Of a stretch of 64,000 bases of DNA, positions 35,028 to 48,316 are shown in pieces; positions within the stretch are counted from its first letter, which is position 1, and each line of letters begins with the position of its first letter. The translations under genes and the position numbers were made by a program. Source of the stretch: Amoebophrya sp. A120 (lineage: Eukaryota > Protista > Dinoflagellata); contig CAJINV010000004.1 in the NCBI GenBank assembly GCA_905178155.1, positions 8,516,882 to 8,580,881 on the forward strand. The letters run 5' to 3'. The notes below the pieces were generated by a model. The model saw nothing but the letters and a program-made list of their open reading frames with translations, was not told the DNA's origin and did no database searches.

Positions 35028-37512
35028 TTGCTATTTTCCCATCATCTCCCGAAGCCGAAAAGGGGGAGCGATGCTCCGGACGAAAGCCAAAATTTTGTAT
35101 TTTCCCATCATAAAAAATCCAGCGCCCCGCCCTGGAACGCACTTTGCGTTTTGACCTATTTTCCCATCATGTCGGCAACCCCGGACCCAAGCCAAAAAGT
35201 TGCTTTTTCCCATCATAAAAAATCCAGCGTCCCGCCCTGGAACGCGCTTTGCGTTTTGACCTATTTTCCCATCATCCCCCGAAGCCGAAAAAGGGGAGCG
35301 CTGATCAGGACGAAAGCCAAAATTTTGTATTTTCCCATCATAAAAACTCCAGCGTCCCGCCCTGGAACGCACTTCGCGTTTTGACGTATTTTCCCATCAT
35401 GTCGGAAACCCTGGACCCGAGCCAAAAAGTTGCTTTTTCCCATCATAAAAAATCCAGCGTCCCGCCCTGGAACGCGCTTTGCGTTTTGACCTATTTTCCC
35501 ATCATCCCCCGAAGCCGAAAAAGGGGAGCGCTGATCAGGACGAAAGCCAAAATTTTGTATTTTCCCATCATAAAAACTCCAGCGTCCCGCCCTGGAACGC
35601 ACTTCGCGTTTTGACGTATTTTCCCATCATGTCGGAAACCCTGGACCCGAGCCAAAAAGTTGCTTTTTCCCATCATAAAAAATCCAGCGTCCCGCCCTGG
35701 AACGCGCTTTGCGTTTTGACCTATTTTCCCATCATCCCCCGAAGCCGAAAAAGGGGAGCGCTGATCAGGACGAAAGCCAAAATTTTGTATTTTCCCATCA
35801 TAAAAACTCCAGCGTCCCGCCCTGGAACGCACTTCGCGTTTTGACGTATTTTCCCATCATGTCGGAAACCCTGGACCCGAGCCAAAAAGTTGCTTTTTCC
35901 CATCATAAAAAATCCAGCGTCCCGCCCTGGAACGCGCTTTGCGTTTTGACCTATTTTCCCATCATCCCCCGAAGCCGAAAAAGGGGAGCGCTGATCAGGA
36001 CGAAAGCCAAAATTTTGTATTTTCCCATCATAAAAACTCCAGCGTCCCGCCCTGGAACGCACTTCGCGTTTTGACGTATTTTCCCATCATGTCGGAAACC
36101 CTGGACCCGAGCCAAAAAGTTGCTTTTTCCCATCATAAAAAATCCAGCGTCCCGCCCTGGAACGCGCTTTGCGTTTTGACCTATTTTCCCATCATCCCCC
36201 GAAGCCGAAAAAGGGGAGCGCTGATCAGGACGAAAGCCAAAATTTTGTATTTTCCCATCATAAAAACTCCAGCGTCCCGCCCTGGAACGCACTTCGCGTT
36301 TTGACGTATTTTCCCATCATGTCGGAAACCCTGGACCCGAGCCAAAAAGTTGCTTTTTCCCATCATAAAAAATCCAGCGTCCCGCCCTGGAACGCGCTTT
36401 GCGTTTTGACCTATTTTCCCATCATCCCCCGAAGCCGAAAAAGGGGAGCGCTGATCAGGACGAAAGCCAAAATTTTGTATTTTCCCATCATAAAAACTCC
36501 AGCGTCCCGCCCTGGAACGCACTTCGCGTTTTGACGTATTTTCCCATCATGTCGGAAACCCTGGACCCGAGCCAAAAAGTTGCTTTTTCCCATCATAAAA
36601 AATCCAGCGTCCCGCCCTGGAACGCGCTTTGCGTTTTGACCTATTTTCCCATCATCCCCCGAAGCCGAAAAAGGGGAGCGCTGATCAGGACGAAAGCCAA
36701 AATTTTGTATTTTCCCATCATAAAAACTCCAGCGTCCCGCCCTGGAACGCACTTCGCGTTTTGACGTATTTTCCCATCATGTCGGAAACCCTGGACCCGA
36801 GCCAAAAAGTTGCTTTTTCCCATCATAAAAAATCCAGCGTCCCGCCCTGGAACGCGCTTTGCGTTTTGACCTATTTTCCCATCATCCCCCGAAGCCGAAA
36901 AAGGGGAGCGCTGATCAGGACGAAAGCCAAAATTTTGTATTTTCCCATCAGAAAAACTCCAGCGCCCCGCCCTGGAACGCACTTCGCGTTTTGACGTATT
37001 TTCCCATCATGTCGGAAACCCTGGACCCGAGCCAAAAAGGTGCTTTTTCCCATCATAAAAAATCCAGCGTCCCGCCCTGGAACGCGCTTTGCATTTTGAC
37101 CTATTTTCCCATCATCCCCAGAAGCCGAAAAAGGGGAGCGCTGATCAGGACGATAGCCAAAATTTTGTATTTTCCCATCATAAAAACTCCAGCGTCCCGC
37201 CCTGGAACGCACTTCGCGTTTTGACCTATTTTCCCATCATGTCGGAAACCTTGGACCCGGGCCAAAAAGTTGCTTTTTCCCAGCATAAAAAATCCAGCGT
37301 CCCGCCCTGGAACGCGCTTTGCGTTTTGACCTATTTTCCCATCATCCAATGAAGCCGAAAAAGGGGAGCGCTGATCACGACGGAAGCCGAACTTGTGTAA
37401 TTTCCCATCATAAAAACTCCAGCGTCCCCTCGTGGAACGCACCTCGCGTCTTGACCTATTTTCCCATCATGTCGACCCCGGACCAAAGCCAAAAAGTCCA
37501 AGTACCTTTTTT
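35028..37512. repeat. 230-bp tandem satellite (~10.7 units) with internal ~120+110 dimer and ~55-60-bp sub-repeats
   Basis: Exact 230-bp period in the central copies (ORF track repeats every 230 nt); TTTTCCCATCAT occurs 4x and CCCGCCCTGGAACGC 2x per unit; edge copies diverged. Confidence 0.97.
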
Positions 37513-38416
37513 CCATACCACGTGGTGCGGGAGGTGCACCACAGGAAATGAGGGCGTAGTGACAGCCTACAGTGACGCACATCAACTCACAACATCAGTA
37601 ATTAATGCAGCAGATTGATGCCAGTAACAGCATGCGTTTATTTTCCAAAAAGATCGTGGGGCTTCCTTTCCATATTGAATTTTTCTGACGTCAAAATCGA
37701 ATACGTCCCTTGGGTACTTCAGATGGTCAAGACACACCACTCAAAATGAAAAGCAAAGAAACCGGAGATGCTAGTTTTACTGTAAAAAACCCGAGAACGC
37801 ACTGAAATATTGATTTACAAACTTCGCATCCCGAGGCGATCATCGCCTACCCGGGGTGGCCGACATTGAAGAGATCAAAAAGAAGATTGAAAGAGCATCC
37901 GCGGTCACAAAAGGATGAACCTCTCTTCCTGACAGGATCCAAGTAGAGAATGTCCTCTTGTGTATGGTTTTTACGACCAGACAGTGTTCATCAACTGCAA
38001 CGACGTTCTGTCGACAATAAAGTTGAACTCATAAAAAGAGGACGCCACCAAGACTTGCAGCATGGACAGCACACATGAGGCAATATGGACCGATGAAAGT
38101 CATGCAGTATGGTTGGATACTATGCACATGCACTCGACATCACGATCACGATCACGAACACAAGAAAAACGAACTCTATCGGGTGCGATCAGCACAAGCA
38201 AAGCACGAGCACGGCGGCGCCAGCTCTTGCTTCTCCCCCGGGGGGCTCATTTATTCCTCGACCAAGGCTCTAAAATCACACTCAAAGTCACGGGAGGAAT
38301 TGCCACGAGTCTGTGCGTGTGGACGACCCCCACAGCGCCGCAGCTCTTTTGCGTCCTTTGTCACTGTGTATTCAGCGCTACAAACTCGGACAAAGGAACA
38401 CAATGGCGCGAACATT

Positions 38417-39010
38417 CTACGCATAAAACCCCTTATCAAGTGTAAAAATGTCTGGGTCTGGAAGAAGGCACGATTTGTCATGCTGCTTTTCCATGGCCCA
38501 TGAGGTCTGGAATGTCGGACCTAGCATGACAGATCCTGCGAGATCTTTCTTATGCCTATCCTGCATGAGCAACTACCTCCCGACTTGGTCAAAATTGGGC
38601 GACTTTTGGTAATCATGCAACACAGATTTTTGCATGCTGCAGATTTAGCATGACAAGTAGCAATCTTCCAGACCCAGACACTTTTACATTTGATACCCCT
38701 TCGGCTTGTACCATTTGCTTTTCTTGGCGTCGACCTTCTCCTTCGCGGGCGTTTTGTTCTTGGCCGTACGGGGTGGGACCGGTTTTTTCTCCTCCGAGGA
38801 ATCACCCTGCGCCTCCCAGTAGTCATCCTCCTCCGCCTCCAGTTCCTCCTCCAGCTCACGCTTCTTCCTCTCGGCGATGAGCTGCTGGGCCTTCTTCTTC
38901 CAGTAAACCGTATTCAGCGCGAGCATCTCGTCAGCCGACCATTTTTTCATGACCATCTTCTTCTTCATGGCCATCTTCTTCATGCTTGCCATCTTGTTTT
39001 CCTTCGGCAT
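38417..39010 (-). CDS. Small Lys/Met-rich basic protein (108 aa), DVNP-like N-terminal tail only
   Basis: MPKENKMASMKKMAMKKKMVMKK...; introner removal gives C-terminus WYKPKG|FYA*; 594-267 = 327 nt = 109 codons; DVNP core motif not seen. Confidence 0.65.
38434..38695. mobile_element. Introner, family A (reverse orientation)
   Basis: Family A TIRs; perfect DR CCCCT. Confidence 0.95.
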
Positions 39011-39792
39011 GATGACGAAGTGTATTCCTTAATCGAGGTGGAGAAAAAACGCGGTGCCCTGCCTTGTTGGTGAAAGATTTGGAATGGCGCAGCAATTTAC
39101 TACCTTCGTGACGTGAGGATTGGAAGCAGTTCTAACTTCTATGTGTATCTCGATATCGACGAAACTCGAAAAAATACCGACCAAGAATTACCGCGCTCGA
39201 TAGTGCCACACTCTCCTCACGCTTCGAGGCGAACATCCTGAACTCGATCGATACTATGGCTATCTTCTCGTGGCTGCTGCAGTACTGCCTGTGGCACTGG
39301 CACAAACGACGACTCTTTTCCCTCAGGAAAAACCAGGATACAAAAAAAGAACGACGTGCGTTTCGCGAATTAATATCACTGCAAGTCACAAGAGCTACAG
39401 TAGAGGACAAAAAGAACCGCACGAAAAGAATGACAGGGGTCCTCTAGCTCCTCGAAACCTGCGCGTTTTCATAGCTGTTGCTTTTTGCGCTGGAGGTTGG
39501 AAGTTGAGTTTAATCATGCTTTCTCCAAATACTTATCTCGCCAACCTTCGACTCTCTTTTTACGATATTTCATCAGAGTTATCCGAGGCCTTTGATTTTT
39601 CAATAACATGGAAGTGGAACATCGTCCCCCCGGCAAACGCCGGAATAAACAACAACTCTCAAAAATATTCAAATCAGCTCATCTGCGGTCGCGAGAAGAT
39701 GGAGTTCCTTTGATTGGGGAGGTTCGTCTAAGTTTCAGCTCAAGTGCTTGATGTGATTCCTTTTTATGAATGTCGCGCCCGGAGGGCGATAT

Positions 39793-41137
39793 TGGTAACC
39801 AAATGCGTGCGCGAAAATCTAACCAGCGCGAAAGCCTAACCAGCCGCGCGGCGAAAGCGCGGTTGCCACCACCATTTCTTTTTAATTAGAGTCCCACTTT
39901 TTTTAATTAGAATCCCACTGCTATCCCGGGTCATCGGAGGCTTCCGGATTCGCATTCAAAGCTTATCGCAGGAGCCTGCGGGCCGCCGCGGGCTCCACCA
40001 CTTCCCCGCGGCCCTAAAGGGCCGCGGACAACTACTGTCGCCCGCGGCGGCCCGCAGGCTCCTGCGATAAGCATTGAATGCGAAATCCGGTCTGCTAGCT
40101 CGCAGCGGGGCATCCTTTCTAGCCCCCTGCATGACAAACTGGCCCCCGGGCCCGGGAGGTATGTGGAAGGCCGAAAACCCGCAAACCCTTCCGGGCCACC
40201 AAAATCGGCCATTTCAGACCCGGGGAAGATGCCGAATTTCTGCTCAAAACCCAGGGCAAATGGGGATTTTGTGACATACCCCCGCCCGCTTCTAGTGCGG
40301 TTTTTTTTTCCCAATCGCGATGGTACGGCGCAAGCGCGCGCCCGCCGGACCGCCCTTGGTGGCCAGTTTCTAAGCCTGCCGGGGGTTCTCGATTTCTTTT
40401 AATTTTCGCGTTTCTTTCTGGTTTCTAAGTGGCCCCAGCGACCTGCACATTTTTACCGCCCGCATCTGACGGGCAGTTTTGAAGCCTGCGGAGGGATTGC
40501 GCTTTTGCGCAATTTTTCATCTTTTTTCATTTTCCAAGTGGCCCGGGCGATCTGCACATTTTCACCGCCCCCACCTGGGTGGCAGTTTTGAAGCCTGCGG
40601 GGGGATTGCGCTTTTGCGCAATTTTTCATCTTTTTTCATTTTTCAAGTGGCCCGGGCGATCTGCACAAAATCCGACGATTGCTTCCGCCCACGTTATGAA
40701 GCAATTTTTTGCCATTTTTTTCCAATTTTTTCCAGTTACGAAGCGGCCCAAGGCTTCCGGACAGGTCGCGGGCCTGCTTCTCCAACGCAGCTGGCCACCG
40801 GGCGGAGCAAAAAATAGTCCGTCTCTTTTTCAGATATCAAGTGGGCCAAACCGCAAAAGTGCGCTTTTTTCACCTTCTCCCGCTTGGTTTCTGCCGTTTT
40901 TGCGACATTTTTGACCTCCTGGCCATTTTCCCATCTGGTCCGCTTTTTTTCCCTTCTCCCGCTTCATTTCTGGCCATTTCCCTGACCTTCACGCCTCCCG
41001 GCGGTTGCCCTATATGGTAACGGCAACTGCCTTCGCGCTGCGTTTGCTAAGCAATATCGCAAGCGCGCAGAGCGCGCGCGCCGGCTTCGTGGGCCGGCGC
41101 GCGCTCTGCGCGCGCGCGCGCACGCATTTGGTTACCA
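39793..41137. mobile_element. Putative non-autonomous TIR element (~1.35 kb), unrelated to the introners
   Basis: Perfect 21-bp TIR TGGTAACCAAATGCGTGCGCG (39793-39813 / 41117-41137); internal ~50-bp hairpin (39944-40090) and 109-bp tandem repeat (40427-40667); TSD not clear. Confidence 0.6.
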
Positions 41138-41536
41138 GATTACTGAACAACAACAAGAACAAATCAAATACAAATAATTATACTTACTTTTACAAGCCGT
41201 ACGCAAAAATCTGTCGTATGGGGAGGCTGCCTGGCTTCATGGGGGAAAGCCAATTCTACTTTCTGTCTTTGTCGCAAGCTTCACCAGAAACAAATCTATT
41301 GTCGGGTGTGAAATTATTTTGAGAAGAACAAACCTCGCTGAAAGTTCGCTGTCGGTCAGATGTGTGGCTGGTTCGGAGGTGAGTTGAAGTTGTTGCAGAA
41401 GGACGCGATTTTTCATTCAAAAGACGAACATTAGACGTATGCAGTCGGCGAGGACGCTTGCAGCTGTAAGGAAGTATTGATAGACCACCCAAATTTCCTG
41501 GACGAAATATAGTGTCTAGTAGTGTAGTTCTTTGAT

Positions 41537-44500
41537 TTATTTGCTCAAGCCTTTTTCATCTTCATCTTGCCTTTCTCTGCGACGCCAGCTGCCGGCTGCT
41601 CCTCGATGACGGTGCAGTCCAGAATCTCGTCCAAGGTTAGCTTCATCATTTCCTCGTCCGGACTGAACGTTCCCATTGTCGCCGCTACGTGTTCCAAGAA
41701 CAGCTGCAGGGCTTGCACTTGGCGAACGTGCTGAGCGCCTTTCAGTTCGGCCCAGTCGCAGTGCGGTTTCAGCTGTGAAACATATCTTTGTGACTTGTTG
41801 AAGAGCTCTTTCCAGTACTTCGTGTGCTGTACCTGAAAAATGATTTTTGTGTACTTTGGAAAATTTCTGCGCTCGATGATCCCAACCTCGTAATCTCAAT
41901 CTCCTTCTTCTTCTTCGTGTCTTTGAATCAGCATTACTCTTTCGCCTTCCTCAGCAGGTGACCACTAAATATAAAGTTCGTACTACCTTTCCCATCCACG
42001 GCACGCATTCTGCTACCGATGTTTTTTCCGCGATCCTTTGCTTCTGGCCGTCTCGATCCTTAGCGAGACTCAAAGCCCAACTATCCATCTCGGCCTCGAG
42101 TGTCGTCTTTTTTGCCGATGCGGCGATTTGTTGCCGGGTCTGGTCAGCTTGTTCGGACTGAAAGTTCACGGACTTCCTTCCGGATGCGCCGCCCATCGCC
42201 TGGATCTTTACTTTTTTGACGCAGCTCTGCGACGCAGCAGGAGCCGAACTGGGATCGTCTACCTCTTGCGAGGCCTATCCTGCATAAAAGCGTACCCACC
42301 TATGAGTTGAGGCAGTAAGGAAGATGCTCCCTGTCCGAGTAGCGAACTCCAAATTCTGCGAGTTGCGCATGACAAATTCAAAGTTGGATGTATCCCAGTG
42401 CACGGGCGCACTTTATTTACACAGCCGCTTCATTATTGCGATGATACAAATTCCTAGAAATAACCTGTAGAAATGCTTCTTTCCTGCTGGAAAATGCACA
42501 TTTTTACTCGGTCTCTTTTACACATGTTCCGTGAAACGCAAAAGTGATACACAGCACCGTGCGGCCGGATACGTTTTTATGCGGGATATGCTGCGCTTCA
42601 TGCTGAACTTCTTCATGCCTCCCTGGAGCGACGCTGCACCGCTCTCCTGTAGGAGCACTTCTTTCATGCCTGTCTTTACCGCGTCGGCCCGTGAAGCAGC
42701 AGCGCCGACATTCCCTAGCGAACCCCGCTTCTTGGCGCCGCTCTTGCCCCCTTGACCCTCTGCGGCCTTGCCGTCCGCGTCCTCCTGTGTGTTTTTCAAA
42801 TACACACCGTTTTTGCTGGAGACGTATATTCTCATTTTTACGGTCCAAGAACCACGGTACAAGATCTTCATCGATAAAAACCGCCACGACGGAAAACATC
42901 CAATTTGTAATGCGAGATAAAGAAAGTTGCACAGTTTTTATAGCTGTGACTGCTGCCTTTATGTCCGATTTTGAGTACATGCTTGCAAAGTGACACCACA
43001 ACTTGAACTATGAGTAAAAGAGAAGGACTTTATATGTACCAGAAACGGTTCCTGCTGTGTCCCTCCCGCGCCTCCAGCGTCGCTCTTCTCGCTTGGAGCC
43101 CCGGAGCGCATGTCTTCGACTAGTCCTGCCAAAAGCTCTTTGGCCTTCCGCATAATGGCCTGCGGCCCGAGGTACCGGTACAACTGCTTGGGCACAAAGG
43201 GGTGGACCGCGTTAAGCTCGGCCATGAGGCGGCCCAACCGTCCCTCGAACAGAAATTTCATCGCACCGTCTGCTCTTTTTCCGGTCGTCATACCTTCGAT
43301 TTTCATTTTTTTTTATTTCGACAACAAGAACACAAACACTAATTTGCGTTCACGTTTTCATCCAGGTAGGTCTTGAAGCTGGACCTGAGGCTGTAAGAGT
43401 AAGAAGAGCTTCAGCATGAGAACATTGTGCTGCTGCAGCCCCGAATTCAAAGTGAAGTACCCTCGTGCTCTTCGCCAATTTTTCCCACTTCAGAAAATTT
43501 TGTCATTGGTGCGGATCCGGTGAAAAAACGTCCCAACCCCCTATTTGTTATGCATATTTGTATCGCTACAATAAATATGTTTCTCCTGCGCACACTCCAA
43601 GAAGTATTCCTAATGCTGCTCTTTCATGCTAGAATCAGGATAACACGAGAGATCGATTTGTAATGCAGCGCGTGCAGTAGCCAATAATCCTTTTACCCTA
43701 CGAGCCCAAGAAACTGAAACTTTTTATCCGCTGCAGCCAAAAATTGTCGTTTTGTCGTGTACAAAGCATTCTTGCCATCTTGCGTATGCGAATGTGGTGG
43801 GGTTGGGGACATTCATTTTTGCACAGGATAGTGAGAAGTTGTACTTGTCGAGGATGGAGTTTTGCAGCCAAGACGAAGATCCCACTAGGCCCTCTTTGTC
43901 GCTGACTTTTGGAGTGAAAGACACCATGACCATGTTCATCATGTCCTCGGGCACGTTGCAAGACGTACAGTTATCGACGAATTCCTCCTGCCACTTGTTG
44001 ATTGCTACGGAGATTTTTCGCAGTACCGTTTTCTTGTCGTCGTTGGTGCCGAGGTCGTTCGTGCAGTCACTGCTCTCGGACTGTTCGACCTTGGCCTTCG
44101 CATCGGCCTTGCTTGCCTTGACTTTCTTCAGGTACTCGAGGTGATTATCGGCCAGCTCGTCGATCATTTCTGCATCGAGGGTGCACGACGTCACGGACTT
44201 TTGTTGACCGAGATAAGACAGGCACATGCGAACGTACCTCCGGGCTTCGAGGTCCGCACCTTCCCAACGGGTGTCCTTGCCTTTGAGGTAGGGCTTGATC
44301 AATTCGACGAAACTCATCGCCGAGTCCTTCTTGCCACCGATCATGGTCCAAATCACGAAGGCGTTACTCAAAACGTCATTCGTGTTTCCGTCAGCATCAT
44401 CCAGACGCCACCAAGGCGTTCCAGCGTTGTTCTGCTTCACGGTCTTGTCTCTACCCTTGGTCAACACCTTACTTTCTCTATCTAATGCAAATATGCCTGG

Positions 44501-44973
44501 GTCTGATTCTGAAAGAACGCGATACTTGTCATGCAGCTAGTCTGGCATGAAACTGACGACCGAGGTCTGCATATTCATTATTCGTGGCCAGCAAGAGCCC
44601 GTCTTTTCTGCCATGCAGAATACGTAACGCTGTTCGTTCTCGCGCGGAATACGCAACACAGAACTTGTCATGCTTGGAAGTGCATATGCAATGTTTCTTC
44701 TACTATTGACCGACATGCATCACAAGTTTCCAGACCGAGACCCAGACACATTTGCATTTGATATTCTCCAAAATCCAACCATTTGACGTTCTGCGAGATC
44801 GTCAGCGCGACCAACCCCTGCTTCTGGGATCTTTCCTGGAAAGTGTACTTCAGATCCCGCACCTTGGTAAAGGGGTCCTTGTCGGACGTGATTTTCTGGA
44901 AGATGGAGTCTATGGGCACGTAGGATTCTTGCTCTTCGTATTTCCATATCATGCAGAAGAGTACACCCACCAT
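41537..44973 (-). CDS. Multi-exon hypothetical protein(s); ends uncertain
   Basis: 44668..44973 joins 43724..44467 via 44479-44763 (FGE|SKVLTKG); 42518..42871 joins 41951..42196 via 42276-42588; other junctions unresolved; no recognised domain. Confidence 0.45.
42276..42588. mobile_element. Introner, family C, eroded DR
   Basis: TIRs TATCCTGCATAAAAGCGTACCC / TATCCCGCATAAAAACGTATCC; flanks dissimilar (AGGCC/TGCTG) but removal +5 nt restores frame. Confidence 0.75.
43514..43830. mobile_element. Introner, family C
   Basis: TIRs GATCCGGTGAAAAAACGTCCCAACCCC / TATCCTGTGCAAAAATGAATGTCCCCAACCCC (left end T>G); flanks GTGCG/GTGAG. Confidence 0.72.
44479..44763. mobile_element. Introner, family A
   Basis: TIRs TATCTAATGCAAATATGCCTGGGTCT / TATCAAATGCAAATGTGTCTGGGTCT; perfect DR TTCTC. 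Confidence 0.88.
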
Positions 44974-46447
44974 AGCATATTCGAGACAAAATTCATTTAA
45001 GTAAACCTGTCTCGCTCTTGGATAAAGACCCTGTCAGCATGTACACCGAAGAGAGATACACAAAATCCATACTTTGACGTCGAATCTTCTACAACGCAGT
45101 GGCCCGAAATAAAAGTAAAACCACATGAATATGTGTGTGGGTGTATTCTTCAACAGGATATTCTTTTTTTTACCATCCCAAAGCCGAATGGAAACGTTCT
45201 CGACGTAGTGGCCGTCAATGGTGTACAACCTGAAGAAAGTGTGGAAGCTTTTATCAAGAGACAACATATGCGTCAATAGCTAGAAAGAAACATCGTAATT
45301 TCATCCCCATCCGTTCCATGCAAATGATTTGTTTGAAGTAGGAAGGGAACAGGAGAAGCCTGATGAGAAGTAAGTGAAAAACATGAAGCAGCTAGGTTTT
45401 GCATCTTCCTATTGCTTGGTGATCTGCTGGCAGTTAGCTAGGAACGGTTACCCCCGTGCCTCAAACTCTAACTTGCGCTAAAGGAACTTCCCGAAAATAA
45501 AGAAGAACTTGTGAAGGTCAAAAAGTTGATGAAAGCGTCTCACTTTTATACCTCAGTTTGTTTTTGTACTTGCCGTCCTTTTCGGCCGCATCCCAGTGTA
45601 GCACGTTGGGCAGGAGGTGACGGTCTCTTTCGATGAGCTGCTGAATTGTGGTCCTCTTGTCCAAAACGAACTTCTTTCGTGGCTGTTCCGCTGTCGTATG
45701 AAAGCGTATTAAAACACCCTATAAACAAGGACGTGCATCAAAATCTACAGTTTTCATCACAGCACGTTGAAAGCCTGTGCGAAATGTACTTGCTACTATT
45801 TCTATTTTATTATCTCGAGGAGAAGCGGCCCCCTTGGCTTTTTTGAACATCCTGAACACGGTGATCCACGTCCACGGTAGCGGTCCCGGTTCGCGAAGCT
45901 GAACGACCCGAATAAACCGAATGCAAATATAGGCCCTGTGGCTGTGTGTCGCTCGTTTAGGGGTCTTCATCTTCCTAGTCGACGTCCGCATCCAACAGCC
46001 CAAAGTTGTCCGGCTTCAGATCTCGGTGGAGACAGGAAAATATGACCTGCGTTGTGTAAACGTAATGGTAATAGTTGTGACGATATCTAGGTTCAACAAG
46101 CTGCACACTGAATAAATTGTTGGAGACAATACGCACATACATGTACAAGCATATTTAGGTATAAAAGAGGATGAGGGAGCAAGCAAAATCAAAGATATAA
46201 AGCAATACTTGGAATGCATGGAGATTCCGGAAGCACATATCCAAAAAGGCCGGTATGTGGATCAGCTTCATCAGAATTTGTATTATCCCGTAAAAAAGTG
46301 CACCTGCACCAAATACAGATGCAGAAATATTTGTCTTGCGTTTTTACTGTTCTGAAAATAGTGGCACTTGATGTGGCAGGACAGGTTAATGATCTATAAA
46401 AAGCACTCAGAGCAGCTGTAACGCATCAGAGGTACAACTTCGGAGGA

Positions 46448-48316
46448 TCATGCCGCCCGGAGGATGATCTCCTCAAAACTTATCAAAAAAAAAAAACGAA
46501 TTGTGCAGCTCCACAACAAGAATCTAGGTTTTCGTGGCAGCAGAAGCGCAAACGATTTTGTCTCAAATGTGGTGCAGGTGGATGTTTCTACGTTTTTGAT
46601 ACCCAGTGGCATTTTCGACGGGTTCTTGATCTCGTTTTTCAGCTTCCAATAGCGGAACTCTTTCACAAGGGAGTCGAGCTCCTCCTGTTTCGCAGCTATC
46701 TCGTTATCCTTCTGCTGCTGAATCCTTAATTTTGCTTTCCCCAGTTTTTTTTGCTCGTCTTGGAGTTGCTTGAGTTCGGTGTCGATCCGCTTCACCCGGG
46801 GGGCGACTTCCTTGTACTTCTGACCGAGTGACCACGTGTCTTTGCATATCCGGAGGAAAAAAAACGTCCCTACCCCAGAGTTGTCATGCTAAACAGAAGT
46901 ACGGACTCCAAGTATGCCCACGCGCGGTTAGGCTACGTGGCCAAGTTTGTCATGCGTGACTCCGAAAACTTGAACGTTCTGCAGCTGTGTTTCAAAGTTC
47001 CCCTCTTGGCTCTGGGATGGGCACGTTCACACACAGGATACTGAACTTCTCCGGGATCGCAAACAACGCACAGCTTGCGGGAGGCTGGGCCACGTAGAGC
47101 CACTTCATGTTGGACGACGTCCAGGCAGCTTGTGGAACGACGAAACAGGAGTTCATCAAACGCTTGGCATATCCTGTGAAAAAGGGTCGCCCCAGTCTCA
47201 CGACATGCAAAGTCACAAGCACGTCGAATGCAGACACACGGAGGTCGTTTCCAGCGTATCCGTATTCTAGTTGCGGGGATGTGAAATAAAGTTCTGTACT
47301 TAGTTTATCCATTGGCGCTCCTGCGCTACACCAGCAACAAAAATTTATTCGAAAACCTCGGTTATAGCTTGCAGTTATTCATCGGAGTCACGAGCATTTG
47401 CACAGTAGAAGGAATAAATGCACCACAAACAAAGCATCAGCGGGGGCATTTGCATGACAAGCCTGGCCCTTTTCTGCTGCCGGGGCCTTTATCTTTTTCA
47501 CAGGATAAGACGTCGGGATTCCTCAAACTCACCGTTGCGAAGACCACAATTTCCCGGATTGCGCGCTTCTTCACCCCTATCAGCGGCTGATATGTGTTTG
47601 TTTGTCTTTCTTGTACTACTTGTGTAACCAATGCAGCCGAAATTTCCATCAACATATGCACCTCGGTAGAGCAACACCACTCCTTCCCTTTTGCATGACT
47701 AAGTATGACGACAATGCCTTACAAAAGCTGCGCAGGGGCAGAATAAACATACCGTAACTGACTCGTCTAGCGGTAGTTTCTTCACGATCAGCTTTCGCCC
47801 GAGTGTGGTACCCTCTCCGACCATAACGAAAAGGTCGTCGCGGTCGGTCAGGAGCGGCTTTACGTTCAACACATTGTATGCAAACGGCGGATCGTCGAAA
47901 CGCAATTTCTCCTTACCGTTGATCTTTGTCTTGGCGGAACTAGCAAAAAGAATTCGTCGTCTTCGTTCCTAATATCCAAGAAAAAAACATTGTAGGTGTA
48001 GTAACTTTCTTGGAGGATTAGCATTACAAATTTCTCTGGCATGACAGCTACAGCAAAAACCTGTCATGCGCAGATAGTACGTGAAAAGGAAAACGCCCTT
48101 TAGCTTAATGGACCCTATGACGCATGCCAGGCATGACAGACGCAATCATCTTGCATGTTGCGCATCACAAATTTCAACTAACAACATTTTTTTCTTGGAT
48201 AGTTCCTGCTCTGGTGTTAGTGGCTCGACGCTGTCGTCTTCGTCCTCGACTTCCTCGACGTCCTCAACGTCGGTTGGGGAGGGCGGCTCTTCCATCCTAC
48301 CCATTTTCGGCGGCAT
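46448..48316 (-). CDS. Multi-exon hypothetical protein (acidic N-terminus, coiled-coil-like segment); 3' end uncertain
   Basis: ATG at 48316 (MPPKMGRMEEP..) joins 47699..47905 via 47973-48201; 46992..47312 joins 46448..46795 via 46847-47040; intervening short introns unresolved. Confidence 0.45.
46847..47040. mobile_element. Degenerate introner, family C
   Basis: TIRs TATCCGGAGGAAAAAAAACGTCCCTACCCCAGAG / TATCCTGTGTGTGAACGTGCCCATCCCAGAG; flanks TTGCA/CTGAA; frame restored. Confidence 0.7.
47973..48201. mobile_element. Introner, family E
   Basis: TIR TATCCAAGAAAAAAA at both ends; interior similar to 532-746; DR GTTCC with an extra TAA on the left side (frame-neutral). Confidence 0.8.

Noticed and set aside
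35028-37512. CRISPR array, or tandem 113-121-aa genes
   Set aside because: The units are identical throughout with no unique spacers and no cas genes. The ORFs recur only because of the 230-bp period, which is not a multiple of 3.
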